A DNA stretch of 64,000 nt from an uncultured bacterium (GTDB lineage Bacteria > Chloroflexota > UBA5177 > JANWHV01): NCBI GenBank assembly GCA_963729625.1, contig CAVSOU010000015.1, positions 38,375 to 102,374 on the forward strand. Direction: 5' to 3'. This document shows positions 31,520 to 40,851 of the stretch, piece by piece. The stretch's first letter is position 1, and the number at the start of each line of letters is the position of its first letter. The notes beneath the pieces were generated by a model. The model worked only from the letters and a program-made list of their open reading frames with translations, had not been told where the DNA came from and did no database searches. The translations under genes and the position numbers were made by a program.

Positions 31520-32702
31520 ATGCCAATCGACACAGCACCGCCGAGCGTCGTGCCGCACGTCTTCGACAATCTCACTGTCGACGAGATTCGGCGGCGCGGT
31601 ACTGCGAAGTGGTCACGCTACGCGGAAGATGTCCTGGCTGCGTGGGTGGCAGAGATGGATTTCCCGCTCGCGCCGGAGCTTCGCGCAGCGCTCCACGATG
31701 CGGTGGAGTGTGGCTGCACCGGCTATGCGCCTGAGGCGGCGACAGACCGGCTCGCGGCTGCTTGCGCGTCCTGGATGTCGACGAGCTTCGGCAGCAGCTT
31801 CGAGCCGCGTCAGATCCGCATTGTTCCCGATGTGCTGCGCGGTGTCGAGCTTGCTATCAAGACATTCTCCCGACCGGGCAGTCCGGTCGTGCTGCTGACG
31901 CCTGCGTATCCTCCGTTCTTTGATATCGTACGCCAGTGCGGGGGGCAGGCAGTCGAGGCGCCTTTGGCAACGGCTCGGGGCGGTTGGGGCATCGACCTCG
32001 ACGCCGTGGAGACCGCGCTGCGCGCCGGCGCCGGGACCGTCATGCTGTGCAATCCGCACAATCCGCTCGGCAAGGTCTACACGCGCGATGAGCTCACCGC
32101 GCTGGCATCCCTCGTCGAGACGCATGGCGCCCGCGTCGTGGTCGACGAAATCCATGCGCCGCTGGTGTATCGTCCGGCAGAACACGTTCAGTACGCCGCG
32201 CTATCGGACAGTACCGCCAGCCACGCGGTGACGATCGTGTCGGCGTCGAAAGGTTGGAACATCCCCGGCCTCAAGTGTGCCGAGGTGGTGCTGTCAAATG
32301 AGGCGGATATCGCCCGCTGGGATCAGCTGTCGTGGCTGGAAACGCATGGCGCAAGCATCATGGGCATTCTGGCCAACCGCGTGGCGTTCGAACAGGGGCA
32401 GCCATCGCTTGCCCAGGTGCTCGACGTATCTGGACAGCAATCGCAGGCTTCTTGCGGCGCTGATCGCGGAGCATCTGCCTCGGGTGCGCTTCGTGCTCCC
32501 CGATGCTACCTACCTTGCCTGGTTGGACTGTCGGGACCTCGGGATCGACAACCCGGCCGAATTCTTCCTGCAGCACGCAAGAGTCGCCATGAACGACGGG
32601 GCGAATTTTGGCGGCGTCGGTCGCGGCTTCGTTCGGCTCAACTTCGCCACCTCGCGCCTCATCCTGACCGAGATCGTACGTGCGATGGCCGCGGCAACAT
32701 AA
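31520..32702 (+). CDS. patB: MalY/PatB-family PLP-dependent C-S lyase (frameshift near 32426)
   Basis: [54 protein letters not shown]; RBS AAGGAG. Confidence 0.9.
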
Positions 32703-32907
32703 CCCCCGGCTACCCGCGCTCTCCGCCTCGTTGGGACGGAGCGCGCGGCAACGGAGAGGGAGGCAGCGTCGATCACGTGCCTACCGCGCGGCTCTGGCCG
32801 GCTGGCCAGTTCCGCGTGAGCGACGTGGGGCCAGCGTTCAACTGGTTGACACCGCCAGGCAGGGAGCCATCCCGTCATGACGTGCCGGCATGCAGGATGG
32901 TACCCAT

Positions 32908-33952
32908 TCAGTGCGCGCCGGCCCCGGCGGTCGAGATCTTGCCACGGAATGATCGGTACAATACCGCCGCGTAGACCAGGGCAAGGATGAAACCGAGAGG
33001 CCACCAGACAATACCCACCTTGAGCCCGAAGTCGGTGTTGGCAGCATTATGGATGGTAAGGCTGTTTGCCTTCGTCACTGCCGGCAGCACGTTCGGATAG
33101 ACGGCGAAGACGGTGGCGGTCAGCATACCCAGGATGTAGGCGCAAGATGAGAGAAATACCTCGATCTCGCGACTCCGTGCGTGGTAGTACCCTATCCCTG
33201 CCAAGCCACCAAGCGCCAGCAACGGAAGGACTATACCCCAGGGCTCATCCTTGAAGCGTGTCAACATGCTGGATTGCAGCCAGAACGTGGCCACCGTGCC
33301 GGCAGCGGTCAAGACGATGGTGGCGACCCACGCCGGCCGAACCCAGCGGAACGCACGCTCATTGACCGGCCCGGCAGTCTTCGCGGCGACATACGCCGCT
33401 CCATGCGTTGTAAGCGTGGCCAGCGCCAGCAACCCGATCAGTACGGTGTACCAGTCCAGAATGCCCGGCGCACTGCTCTTGGGATCGAAGTTCGTCCACA
33501 GTGGCTCGAAGAAATAGCCGTGGCTGTCGAGCGGCACGCCTCGGACCACATTGGCCAGTGCAGCTCCATAGAAGATGGCCAGCAGACCGCTACTGACGAA
33601 GAAGACACCATCCCAGAACGTGGCCCAGATCGGACTCGGGACTCGCGAGCGAAGCTCGATTGCGATCGCCCGGCCCATGAGCATCCACAGGACCATGATC
33701 AGTGGCAAGTAGAAGCCGCTGAAGCCCGCGGCATACAGCGGCTGGAAATGCAAGGAAGAGCGAGCCGCCGGCGGCGAGCAGCCAAACCTCGTTGGCGTCC
33801 CAGACCGGCCCGATGGCCTTGATCACCATCCGCCGCTCATCATCGCTCTGGGCGACGAACAGATGGATGACCCCGGCGCCCAGGTCGAACCCATCCAGCA
33901 CGACGTAGATGCCTACCATCAACGCAACGAGTATGAACCATAGCGTTGCCAT
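32908..33952 (-). CDS. cydB: Cytochrome bd ubiquinol oxidase subunit II (frameshift near 33742)
   Basis: YVVLDGFDLGAG, IGPVWDANEVWL, FLAFP..YA..FSGFYLPL, NVVRGVP; directly downstream of cydA. Confidence 0.95.
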
Positions 33953-34025
33953 CAAAGCCTCCCTCCAGGCCCGACGATCCGGGCCCCAGTCACGGAACAG
34001 GAAATCCGGTGCCTCACGCGACGGC

Positions 34026-35387
34026 TCAGTACATGCTCAGCGCGTCGGTGTCCGACGCGGCAGCGGCGGGCGCCGACGGGCCGCGCACGGCTTCCTGCAC
34101 GATCAGGATCACGAACAGCAGGCCGAGCACCAGGTAGATGCCTGCAAACCCAAGGAGGGTGAACAGCACGTTCCCACCCGACAAGGTAGGCGACGTACCG
34201 TTCGCTACACGTTGCAGGCCGTACACGTTCCACGGCTGGCGGCCCAGCTCGGCCGTCAGCCAACCGGCGGAGTTGGCGATAAATGGCAGAGGCGTGGCCA
34301 GCATCAGTACCCACAGCATGCGTCGCGAATCGAACAGGCGCCTGCGCCAGAGCATCAGCAACGCGATCAGCATGATCGCGATAAAGATAGTGCCAAGCCC
34401 GACCATGATGTGATAGACGAAGTAGACGAAGGCAACGCTGTCAGGCCACTGGTCGTGAGCAATAGTGTTGAGTCCTTGCACACGGGCATTCCATTGCCGG
34501 TATGTCAGGAAACTGAGCATGTTGGGCACGATCAGGGCATTGTCGAGCCGACTCTTGCCGACATCCGGCTGGCCCAGTATGGCGATCCCAGCGCCGTTCT
34601 CGCTCTGGAACAGGCCCTCCATGGCCGCCAACTTGGCCGGCTGGTGAGCGGCCACCTGTTGTCCTTCGAGGTCCCCGCTTGGAAACAGCTGAAAGCCGCT
34701 GGCCAGGAACCCGGTGATAACGCCGACTGTGAGAAATATCCTGCCATAATCGACATGCAGATTGGTCAGCACATAGTACGCGCCGAGCCCGGCGGTCAGG
34801 AAGCTGGCAGTAATCACGGCGCCGCTGATCGTGTGCAGATACTGGGCCGTGATCCAGGAGTTGAACAATACCGCCCAGAAGTCGTGCAGCGCGTACTTGC
34901 CGTCTGACTGCACAACGTAGCCGACAGGATGCTGCATCCAGGCATTCGTGGCGACGATGAAGAAGCCCGAGAGCCAGGTTCCTACCCAGACCAGAATTGC
35001 CGCGAGGTAGTGCACGCGCTGGCCGAAGCGGCGTTCGCCGAACAGAAAAATGCCGAGCAGGGCCGATTCCAGAAAGAAGGCAAACGCGCCTTCCATGGCC
35101 AGCAACTGCGCGATAAGCGCGCCGGTCGAGGCCGAGAATCTCGCCCAATTGGTGCCGAACTGAAACTCCATCGGAATACCGGTGACGACGCCCATGACGA
35201 AGGAAACGGCGAAGATTCTCGCCCAGAATCGGGCAGAATCGTTATAGGTTTCCTTGTGCGTGCGCGCATGCAGTGTCTTGAAGACAACCAACAGGAGTGC
35301 CAGACCCATTGTCAATTGGGGGAAGAGATAGTGATAGGTCACCGTGAACGCGAATTGCAGCCTCGAAGCCAGCGTCGGATCGTCCAT
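34026..35387 (-). CDS. cydA: Cytochrome bd ubiquinol oxidase subunit I
   Basis: SRLQFAFT..YHYLFP, GVVTGIPMEFQFGTNW, NAWMQHP, QPAKLAAMEG, GWLTAELGRQPW. Confidence 0.97.
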   Translation of the reverse strand: MDDPTLASRLQFAFTVTYHYLFPQLTMGLALLLVVFKTLHARTHKETYNDSARFWARIFAVSFVMGVVTGIPMEFQFGTNWARFSASTGALIAQLLAMEGAFAFFLESALLGIFLFGERRFGQRVHYLAAILVWVGTWLSGFFIVATNAWMQHPVGYVVQSDGKYALHDFWAVLFNSWITAQYLHTISGAVITASFLTAGLGAYYVLTNLHVDYGRIFLTVGVITGFLASGFQLFPSGDLEGQQVAAHQPAKLAAMEGLFQSENGAGIAILGQPDVGKSRLDNALIVPNMLSFLTYRQWNARVQGLNTIAHDQWPDSVAFVYFVYHIMVGLGTIFIAIMLIALLMLWRRRLFDSRRMLWVLMLATPLPFIANSAGWLTAELGRQPWNVYGLQRVANGTSPTLSGGNVLFTLLGFAGIYLVLGLLFVILIVQEAVRGPSAPAAAASDTDALSMY

Positions 35388-35513
35388 CTAGTCCATCCTT
35401 TGCCTGCGCACTGCGACAGAGAACTGGAGGCATTATACTCTGTGGCGCGGGCCACTGATGAGCCCGCATCGAGAGAGTGATGGCGATCCGCCATCTCTTG
35501 GAGGCAAAGCCGA

Positions 35514-35783
35514 ATGTGCCGAAACATCAGGCCGCTATTCAACTTTGAGCCGCCGGCTACAGAGGACGAGATTCATGCCGCATCGCTGCAGTTCGTGCGG
35601 AAGATCAGCGGCTTCAATAAGCCGTCAAAAGCGAACGAGGCAGCCTTCAACACGGCAGTAGAAGACATTGCCGGCAGCTCGCGGCGGCTTCTCCTCTCGC
35701 TAGAATCGACGGCAGCGCCCAAGGATCGGGAGGAAGAGGCTGCCAAGGGGAAAGCGCGCGCCGCTCAAAGATATAGCACGTGA
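35514..35783 (+). CDS. DUF2277 family protein
   Basis: MCRNIRPLFNFEPPATEDEIHAASLQFVRKISG signature; RBS GGAGG. Confidence 0.9.
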   Translation: MCRNIRPLFNFEPPATEDEIHAASLQFVRKISGFNKPSKANEAAFNTAVEDIAGSSRRLLLSLESTAAPKDREEEAAKGKARAAQRYST

Positions 35784-35785
35784 TG

Positions 35786-35989
35786 CTACTCTGGCCTGCC
35801 TATGAGGTTGCTTATCGTACGGATTGGCAGGAAGAGCTGGCAAGGCCGCTCGGGAAAGCGGCTGAACTCGAACCGCTCGTAGAATGTCCGTGCTGCATCA
35901 TCGATCGCGTCCACCACGACGCCGAGCGCTCCGAGGTCGCCTGCAATGCGATAGCAGCGCTGGGGCGTGGTCCGTGCCGTCGTCTCCAT
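35786..35989 (-). pseudogene. Remnant of a GNAT toxin (TacT/AtaT-like C-terminus) fused to a short N-terminus
   Basis: GALGVVVDAIDDAARTFYERFEF....LFLPI is a GNAT-toxin C-terminal motif; the acetyl-CoA-binding motif is absent. Confidence 0.7.
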
Positions 35990-36022
35990 ATCAGGCTTCT
36001 TTCGTCTGGTAGCTCACTGCAA

Positions 36023-36043
36023 TGTATCGCATTGTGCAATACA
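36023..36043. promoter_or_regulatory. Imperfect palindrome, candidate antitoxin operator between divergent TA loci
   Basis: TGTATCGCA-TTG-TGCAATACA (9-bp arms, one mismatch). Confidence 0.45.
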
Positions 36044-36112
36044 AAGCAAGTACGATTCGCGGGCGGAGCACGCGTGTGGACATATACACCACAACTGGCT
36101 ACACTTGATTAC

Positions 36113-36529
36113 ATGAGTAGCGAACCGATTCGAATTGACGCCAAGACGCTCCATGGACTGCGTGAGCGAAGCGCTCGAAGCGGTGAGCCGCTGGTACGCC
36201 TTGCCCAGCGCTACATCAATGAGGGGATGCGGCTCGACAGCCATCCCGGTATTATGTTCCGCACCGGGCCCGCAGGCCGTCGCGCGGTGGTGGTTGGTGG
36301 ACCGGACGTGTGGGAAGTGGTTGTGGCTGCCCGTTCAGCGCCCGAGCGCGGCGAGGCACGCATGCTAGCGCTTGCCGAGCGGATCGGTGTGTCGTCGGAC
36401 AGGATCCGCATCGCACTGCGCTACTATGCTGAGTATCCAGATGAGGTGGACCGCCACATCGCGCTTGTGGAGGAGGAGGCCCTCCGTCTCGAGCAGGCGC
36501 TTGAGCGTGAGCGGCGCCTTTTGGGGTGA
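36113..36529 (+). CDS. Putative antitoxin (RHH-like N-terminus plus DUF433-like domain)
   Basis: LAQRYINEGMR..HPGIMFRTGPAGRRA...GGPDVWEVV...ALRYYAEYPDEVD; GTGA overlap with the PIN gene. Confidence 0.85.
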   Translation: MSSEPIRIDAKTLHGLRERSARSGEPLVRLAQRYINEGMRLDSHPGIMFRTGPAGRRAVVVGGPDVWEVVVAARSAPERGEARMLALAERIGVSSDRIRIALRYYAEYPDEVDRHIALVEEEALRLEQALERERRLLG

Positions 36530-36900
36530 AGCTACTGCTGGACGAAATGTACTCGACTGTGGTCGCCGAGCAACTTCGAGAGCACGGCCATGACGTCGCC
36601 TCAGTGCTCGATCAGGACCACGACCGGCTACGGGGTGCGCCGGATGAGCACGTGTTCGCAGCAGCGATCGCCGAGCAGCGCGTTCTCGTGACCGAGAACG
36701 TGTCCGACTTCCGCCGACTTGACGACGAGGCGCTGGCAAACGGCCGTGAGTACCCCGGCCTGATCTACACGACGAATCGGCAGTTTCCCCGCGGTGACAG
36801 TGCTACGATCGGACGACTTGTGCTGGCACTGGATCGCTTACTTGCGCTGCAGCCGACATTGGCCGGTGCTGTCTTTCTCAAGCCGAATAACTGGCATTGA
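36526..36900 (+). CDS. DUF5615 (VapC45-like) PIN toxin
   Basis: MKLLLDEM..GHDV..DEHV..RVLVTENVSDF. Confidence 0.88.
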   Translation: MKLLLDEMYSTVVAEQLREHGHDVASVLDQDHDRLRGAPDEHVFAAAIAEQRVLVTENVSDFRRLDDEALANGREYPGLIYTTNRQFPRGDSATIGRLVLALDRLLALQPTLAGAVFLKPNNWH

Positions 36901-36956
36901 TCGGTCCCGGGCTGTTGTCGGCGCTTGCCGCAAAAGCCAGTAGAGCGGGGCCCAAG

Positions 36957-37709
36957 CTAGTACGTGGCGCGTCCGCCGCTGATATCGATGCATTGGCCTG
37001 TCGTGAACGTGCACTCGTCTCCGACCAGCCAGCCGACGAGGGCCGCAACTTCGTCCGGGGTGCCCGTGCGGCCGAGTGGTATGCGCGACACCATGTAGTC
37101 GATTGTCTCCTGGGCCAGCTGATTCAGAATCTCCGTCTGGATCACGGCGGGCGAGATCGCATTCACGATAATGCCCTCGCGCGCTACCTCCTTGGCCAGA
37201 GACTTGGTGAAGCCGATGACGGCCGCCTTAGACGCAGAGTATGCCGCCAGTCCGGGATTTCCTTCTTTCCCGGCAATGGACGCCACGTTCACGATTCGCC
37301 CGTACTGCGCCGCGAGCATGTCCGGCAGCACGGCGCGACAGCACAGGAATACTCCGCGCAAATTCACCGCGATAGTGCGGTCCCAGGCTCCCAGATCGAT
37401 CTCCGCCACCCTGGCGGTTCCGCCGCTGATTCCGGCATTATTGACGAGGATTGCAACCGGCCCTATCTCGTGGTGCACCGTCGCGACCATAGCGCCGACG
37501 GCACTTTCATCGGAAACGTCCACGCCGATCGGGTGGGCCTGGAGCCCGTCCGTGGCGAGCGCGGCCGCGGCCTCGGCTGCCCGAGAAACGTTGATATCGG
37601 CGACCACCACGTGCGCGCCGGCACGCGCCAGTCGATGGGCGATGGCGAAACCAATGCCCTGCGCTCCACCGGTGACGATGGCAACGCGTCCGTCCAGATA
37701 ACGTTCCAT
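36957..37709 (-). CDS. Short-chain dehydrogenase/reductase (FabG-like)
   Basis: TGGAQGIG, NNAG, ASIAGKEGNP, YSASK, DISGGRATY. Confidence 0.93.
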   Translation of the reverse strand: MERYLDGRVAIVTGGAQGIGFAIAHRLARAGAHVVVADINVSRAAEAAAALATDGLQAHPIGVDVSDESAVGAMVATVHHEIGPVAILVNNAGISGGTARVAEIDLGAWDRTIAVNLRGVFLCCRAVLPDMLAAQYGRIVNVASIAGKEGNPGLAAYSASKAAVIGFTKSLAKEVAREGIIVNAISPAVIQTEILNQLAQETIDYMVSRIPLGRTGTPDEVAALVGWLVGDECTFTTGQCIDISGGRATY

Positions 37710-37866
37710 GCTCGCCCACTCCCTTCCTGCATCGTATGGTAATGGATTCTCCTTCGCAGTATCACGCCTATACTGAGCGCGAGGCCGGGAGGAGCCAGAG
37801 TATGGCCCTGCGGCCGCTGGCCAACCAGTGGATCCGGATTATCGCATTTTGGCAACCCAAACAACG

Positions 37867-38704
37867 CACTCAACGCTGATGAGCTTGTTGGCAGCGTCGG
37901 GCCGAAGGAAAGAGGCGCTGCGGATCTACCAGACACTGGCCACCGCGCTGGAAGAGGAACTGGACGTGACCCCTTCGGTTGAGGTCATGGCCATACGCGC
38001 GGAACTCCTGGCAGAGGAGAGTTCGCCACTCGCCGCCGGCGTGCCCGTAGCACCGCGAGCGGCGCGACTGACCAACCTGCCGCTCACACTGAGCAGCTTC
38101 GTGGGACGAGCATGGGACGTGAGCGAGATCACGCACATGCTGGAGCCTGGCCAACACGCTGATTGGCTTGGGGAATGTTGTGTGCCGTCGAGGTGATTTC
38201 GACCGTGCCGCGAACCTGCTCGAGGAGGGACTCACACTTAAGCGCGCGTTGGGGGACCGTCCGAGTGGTACAGAAGCGCTGCACGGTCTGGCACGTGTGG
38301 CCTGCGGGCAAGGCCAGTACGAGCGGGCGATGGATCTGCTGCGGGAAGGTCTCAGCCTCAGCCGGACCGTCGGTGCGCAAGCTGAAGTGGCGCAGTGGCT
38401 GCTGGGTTTTGCCAATGTCCTGGCCGCGATGAACCAGCCCATGCGAGCCGCACGGCTGGCCGCGGCTGCCGGGGCGCAACGTAGAGTCCTTGGCGTGCAC
38501 GTGCTGCCTTCTGAGCGCGCCGATCACGAGCTGACGGAAGCGGCCATGCGCGTGACAGTGGGTGAGCACGCCTTCGCAGTCGCCTGGGCGCAGGGCGCGG
38601 CCATGACGATAGGGGAGGCTATCGCCTTTGCCCTGTCATCCGCGAGCGACCCGGATGGCCCTGCCGACGGCGACATGGTGAAATCGACTGGAGCTACGGT
38701 CTGA
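37867..38704 (+). pseudogene. Remnant of a BTAD-ATPase-TPR (AfsR-like) regulator lacking the N-terminus and ATPase core
   Basis: LM..LAASGRRKEALRIY..LEEELDVTPS (BTAD end), TNLP..LSSFVGR (ATPase start), then a frame change at ~38143 into TPRs ending FAVAWAQGAAMTIGEAIAFAL. Confidence 0.75.
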
Positions 38705-38797
38705 AAAACCGAGCTAGACTGGAGAAGAACAGCATCCTGCCAGGGCATCGCATGCCGCCGGCGCGAAGAGTCTTGGCCTGAACGAACAGGGGGATCG

Positions 38798-39574
38798 GTG
38801 GAACAGCAGTATCCAATCCTTGAGTTTGATCCGTCGCCCACCGCGCTGATCAATCCGCGCTCGTCAGGCACTCCAGCTCATCAGACCACGTGCGCCGTGC
38901 TTTGCTTCTTCCAGGACGTGATCACGCGCCTTTCGCAGGAGCATCAGGCCGTCGTCGTGGCGCACTTCCAGAGTGAGATTGGCCGGCACCCGGTCTACGC
39001 GTTGACCAGTCAGGGGCAACGGCTGCTTGTTCTGCACCCGGGTGTGGGCGCGCCGTTGGCGGCCGGGCTGCTGGAGGAGATCATCGGCGTCGGCTGCACG
39101 ACGGTCACCGCCTGCGGAGGCGCCGGCACGCTGGACGCGGCGCTCGCCGCCGGCCACATAGTAGTCCCGATCGCCGCTGTACGCGACGAGGGAACGTCGT
39201 ACCACTACCTGCCGCCGAGCCGCGAGGTGCCAGCCGATTCCGCCGGTGTGATCGCGGCCGAGACGGTGCTCAAGCGGCACGGCCTGGATTACGTCGCCGG
39301 CAAGACCTGGACAACCGACGCCTTCTTTCGGGAGACGCCGGCCAGGATCGAGCGTCGCCGCCACGAGGGTTGTATCGTCGTGGAGATGGAAGCTGCGGCG
39401 TTCTTCGCCGTTGCGCGTTTCCGCGGCGCGCGTTTCGCGCAGTTGCTCTATGCCGGCGACGACGTCAGCGGCAGCGAATGGAATGCTCGCGACTGGACCA
39501 CCCATTCCATCCGTGACACGCTCTTCTGGCTGGCAGTCGAGACCTGCTTCGCGCTGTCCGCGGCGGCCAGCTGA
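38798..39574 (+). CDS. Nucleoside phosphorylase (PNP_UDP_1 family)
   Basis: YPILEFD, PGVGAP, CGGAG, AVRDEGTSYHY, TWTTDAFFRET, VEMEAAA. Confidence 0.92.
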   Translation: MEQQYPILEFDPSPTALINPRSSGTPAHQTTCAVLCFFQDVITRLSQEHQAVVVAHFQSEIGRHPVYALTSQGQRLLVLHPGVGAPLAAGLLEEIIGVGCTTVTACGGAGTLDAALAAGHIVVPIAAVRDEGTSYHYLPPSREVPADSAGVIAAETVLKRHGLDYVAGKTWTTDAFFRETPARIERRRHEGCIVVEMEAAAFFAVARFRGARFAQLLYAGDDVSGSEWNARDWTTHSIRDTLFWLAVETCFALSAAAS

Positions 39575-39619
39575 TCGTACGGCGCGTTATCTGCTTCGAA
39601 GGGACCCGGCAGGACGCTT

Positions 39620-40780
39620 CTACAAGGAATCAGCCACGATCGCGCGCGCCATCTCTGGGTCAACCTCCTGGCGCTCGCCGAGCGCCGTTTTACCATGCGC
39701 CCGTAGCTGCGCCGCGACTGTGTCCGCGGCTCTGCTTTCGTCGACTTCGTATTGGGAAAGCCTTGTCAGCACCGACAGACTCTCGAAGAAAGCGCGAGTG
39801 CTCGCGATAGCGGCGTCGATTCGCTCATCGTCGCTGCCGTTCGTGATCTGCCAGACCCGTTCCGCGTACTGGAGCAATTTGGCGCGCTTGGCCTCGCGGC
39901 GCACAGTCAACATCGACGGCAAAACGACCGCGAGCGTGCGCGCATGGTCGATCCCGTAGAGTGCCGTGAGCTCGTGCCCGATCGAGTGCGTTGCCCAGTC
40001 CTGCGGCACGCCGGCGCCGATCAGCCCGTTGAGCGCCAACGTCGCTGCCCACATCAGGTTCGCCCGCTCGTCGTAGTCATGAGGCGCCGCCAGGGCCTTG
40101 GGGCCGATCTCGATCAGAGCCTGGAGCAGAGCCTCGGCCAACCGGTCCTGCACGACCGCGTTGACGGGATAGGTAAGGTACTGCTCCACGACATGAACGA
40201 AGGCGTCGACCACGCCATTGGCAATCTGTCGTGGCGGCAGGGTAAATGTCTTCTCCGGGTCAAGTATGGAGAAGCGCGGATAGACATGTGGGCTGGAGAA
40301 CGAAAGCTTGGCGGAGTTCGCCTTCCGGCTGATCACGGCGTTCGTGTTCATCTCGGAGCCCGTCGCCGGTAGCGTCAGCACCGTGCCGAGAGGGAGCGCC
40401 TGTTGGACATTCGTGCCTTCCTGGAGCAGGATGTCCCAGGGATCGCCCTCGAAGGGCACGGCGGCCGCGACGAACTTCGTGCCGTCAAGCACGGATCCAC
40501 CGCCTACCGCCAGAAGGAAATCGATCCGGTCGCGCCGCGCGATCTCGACCGCGCGCATGAGGGTCTCGTACGTCGGATTCGGCTCGATGCCCTCAAACTC
40601 TTGCACGTGCCGGTCTCCCAGCGCGTGGCGCACCTCGTCCAGCGTGCCGTTTCGCCTGATACTCCCGCCACCATACAACACGAGCACACGCGCCTGGGCA
40701 CCGACATGTCTAGAGATCTCAGCGATGCGTCCGCTACCAAAGATGATCCTCGTCGGATTGCAGAACTCGAACTCCATCAT
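39620..40780 (-). CDS. yqhD: NADPH-dependent iron-containing alcohol dehydrogenase, YqhD-like
   Basis: NPTRIIFG, YGGGS, GIEPNP, AVGGGSVLDGTKF, TLPATGSEMN, DAFVH, DWATHSIGHELTA; RBS GGAGG. Confidence 0.93.
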   Translation of the reverse strand: MMEFEFCNPTRIIFGSGRIAEISRHVGAQARVLVLYGGGSIRRNGTLDEVRHALGDRHVQEFEGIEPNPTYETLMRAVEIARRDRIDFLLAVGGGSVLDGTKFVAAAVPFEGDPWDILLQEGTNVQQALPLGTVLTLPATGSEMNTNAVISRKANSAKLSFSSPHVYPRFSILDPEKTFTLPPRQIANGVVDAFVHVVEQYLTYPVNAVVQDRLAEALLQALIEIGPKALAAPHDYDERANLMWAATLALNGLIGAGVPQDWATHSIGHELTALYGIDHARTLAVVLPSMLTVRREAKRAKLLQYAERVWQITNGSDDERIDAAIASTRAFFESLSVLTRLSQYEVDESRAADTVAAQLRAHGKTALGERQEVDPEMARAIVADSL

Positions 40781-40851
40781 CTTGCACGTTCCTCCCTCAA
40801 AAGCAGATTGTGTGTCCAGGAAATGGTGATGCGCGGACCGGCCCGCGCGGC

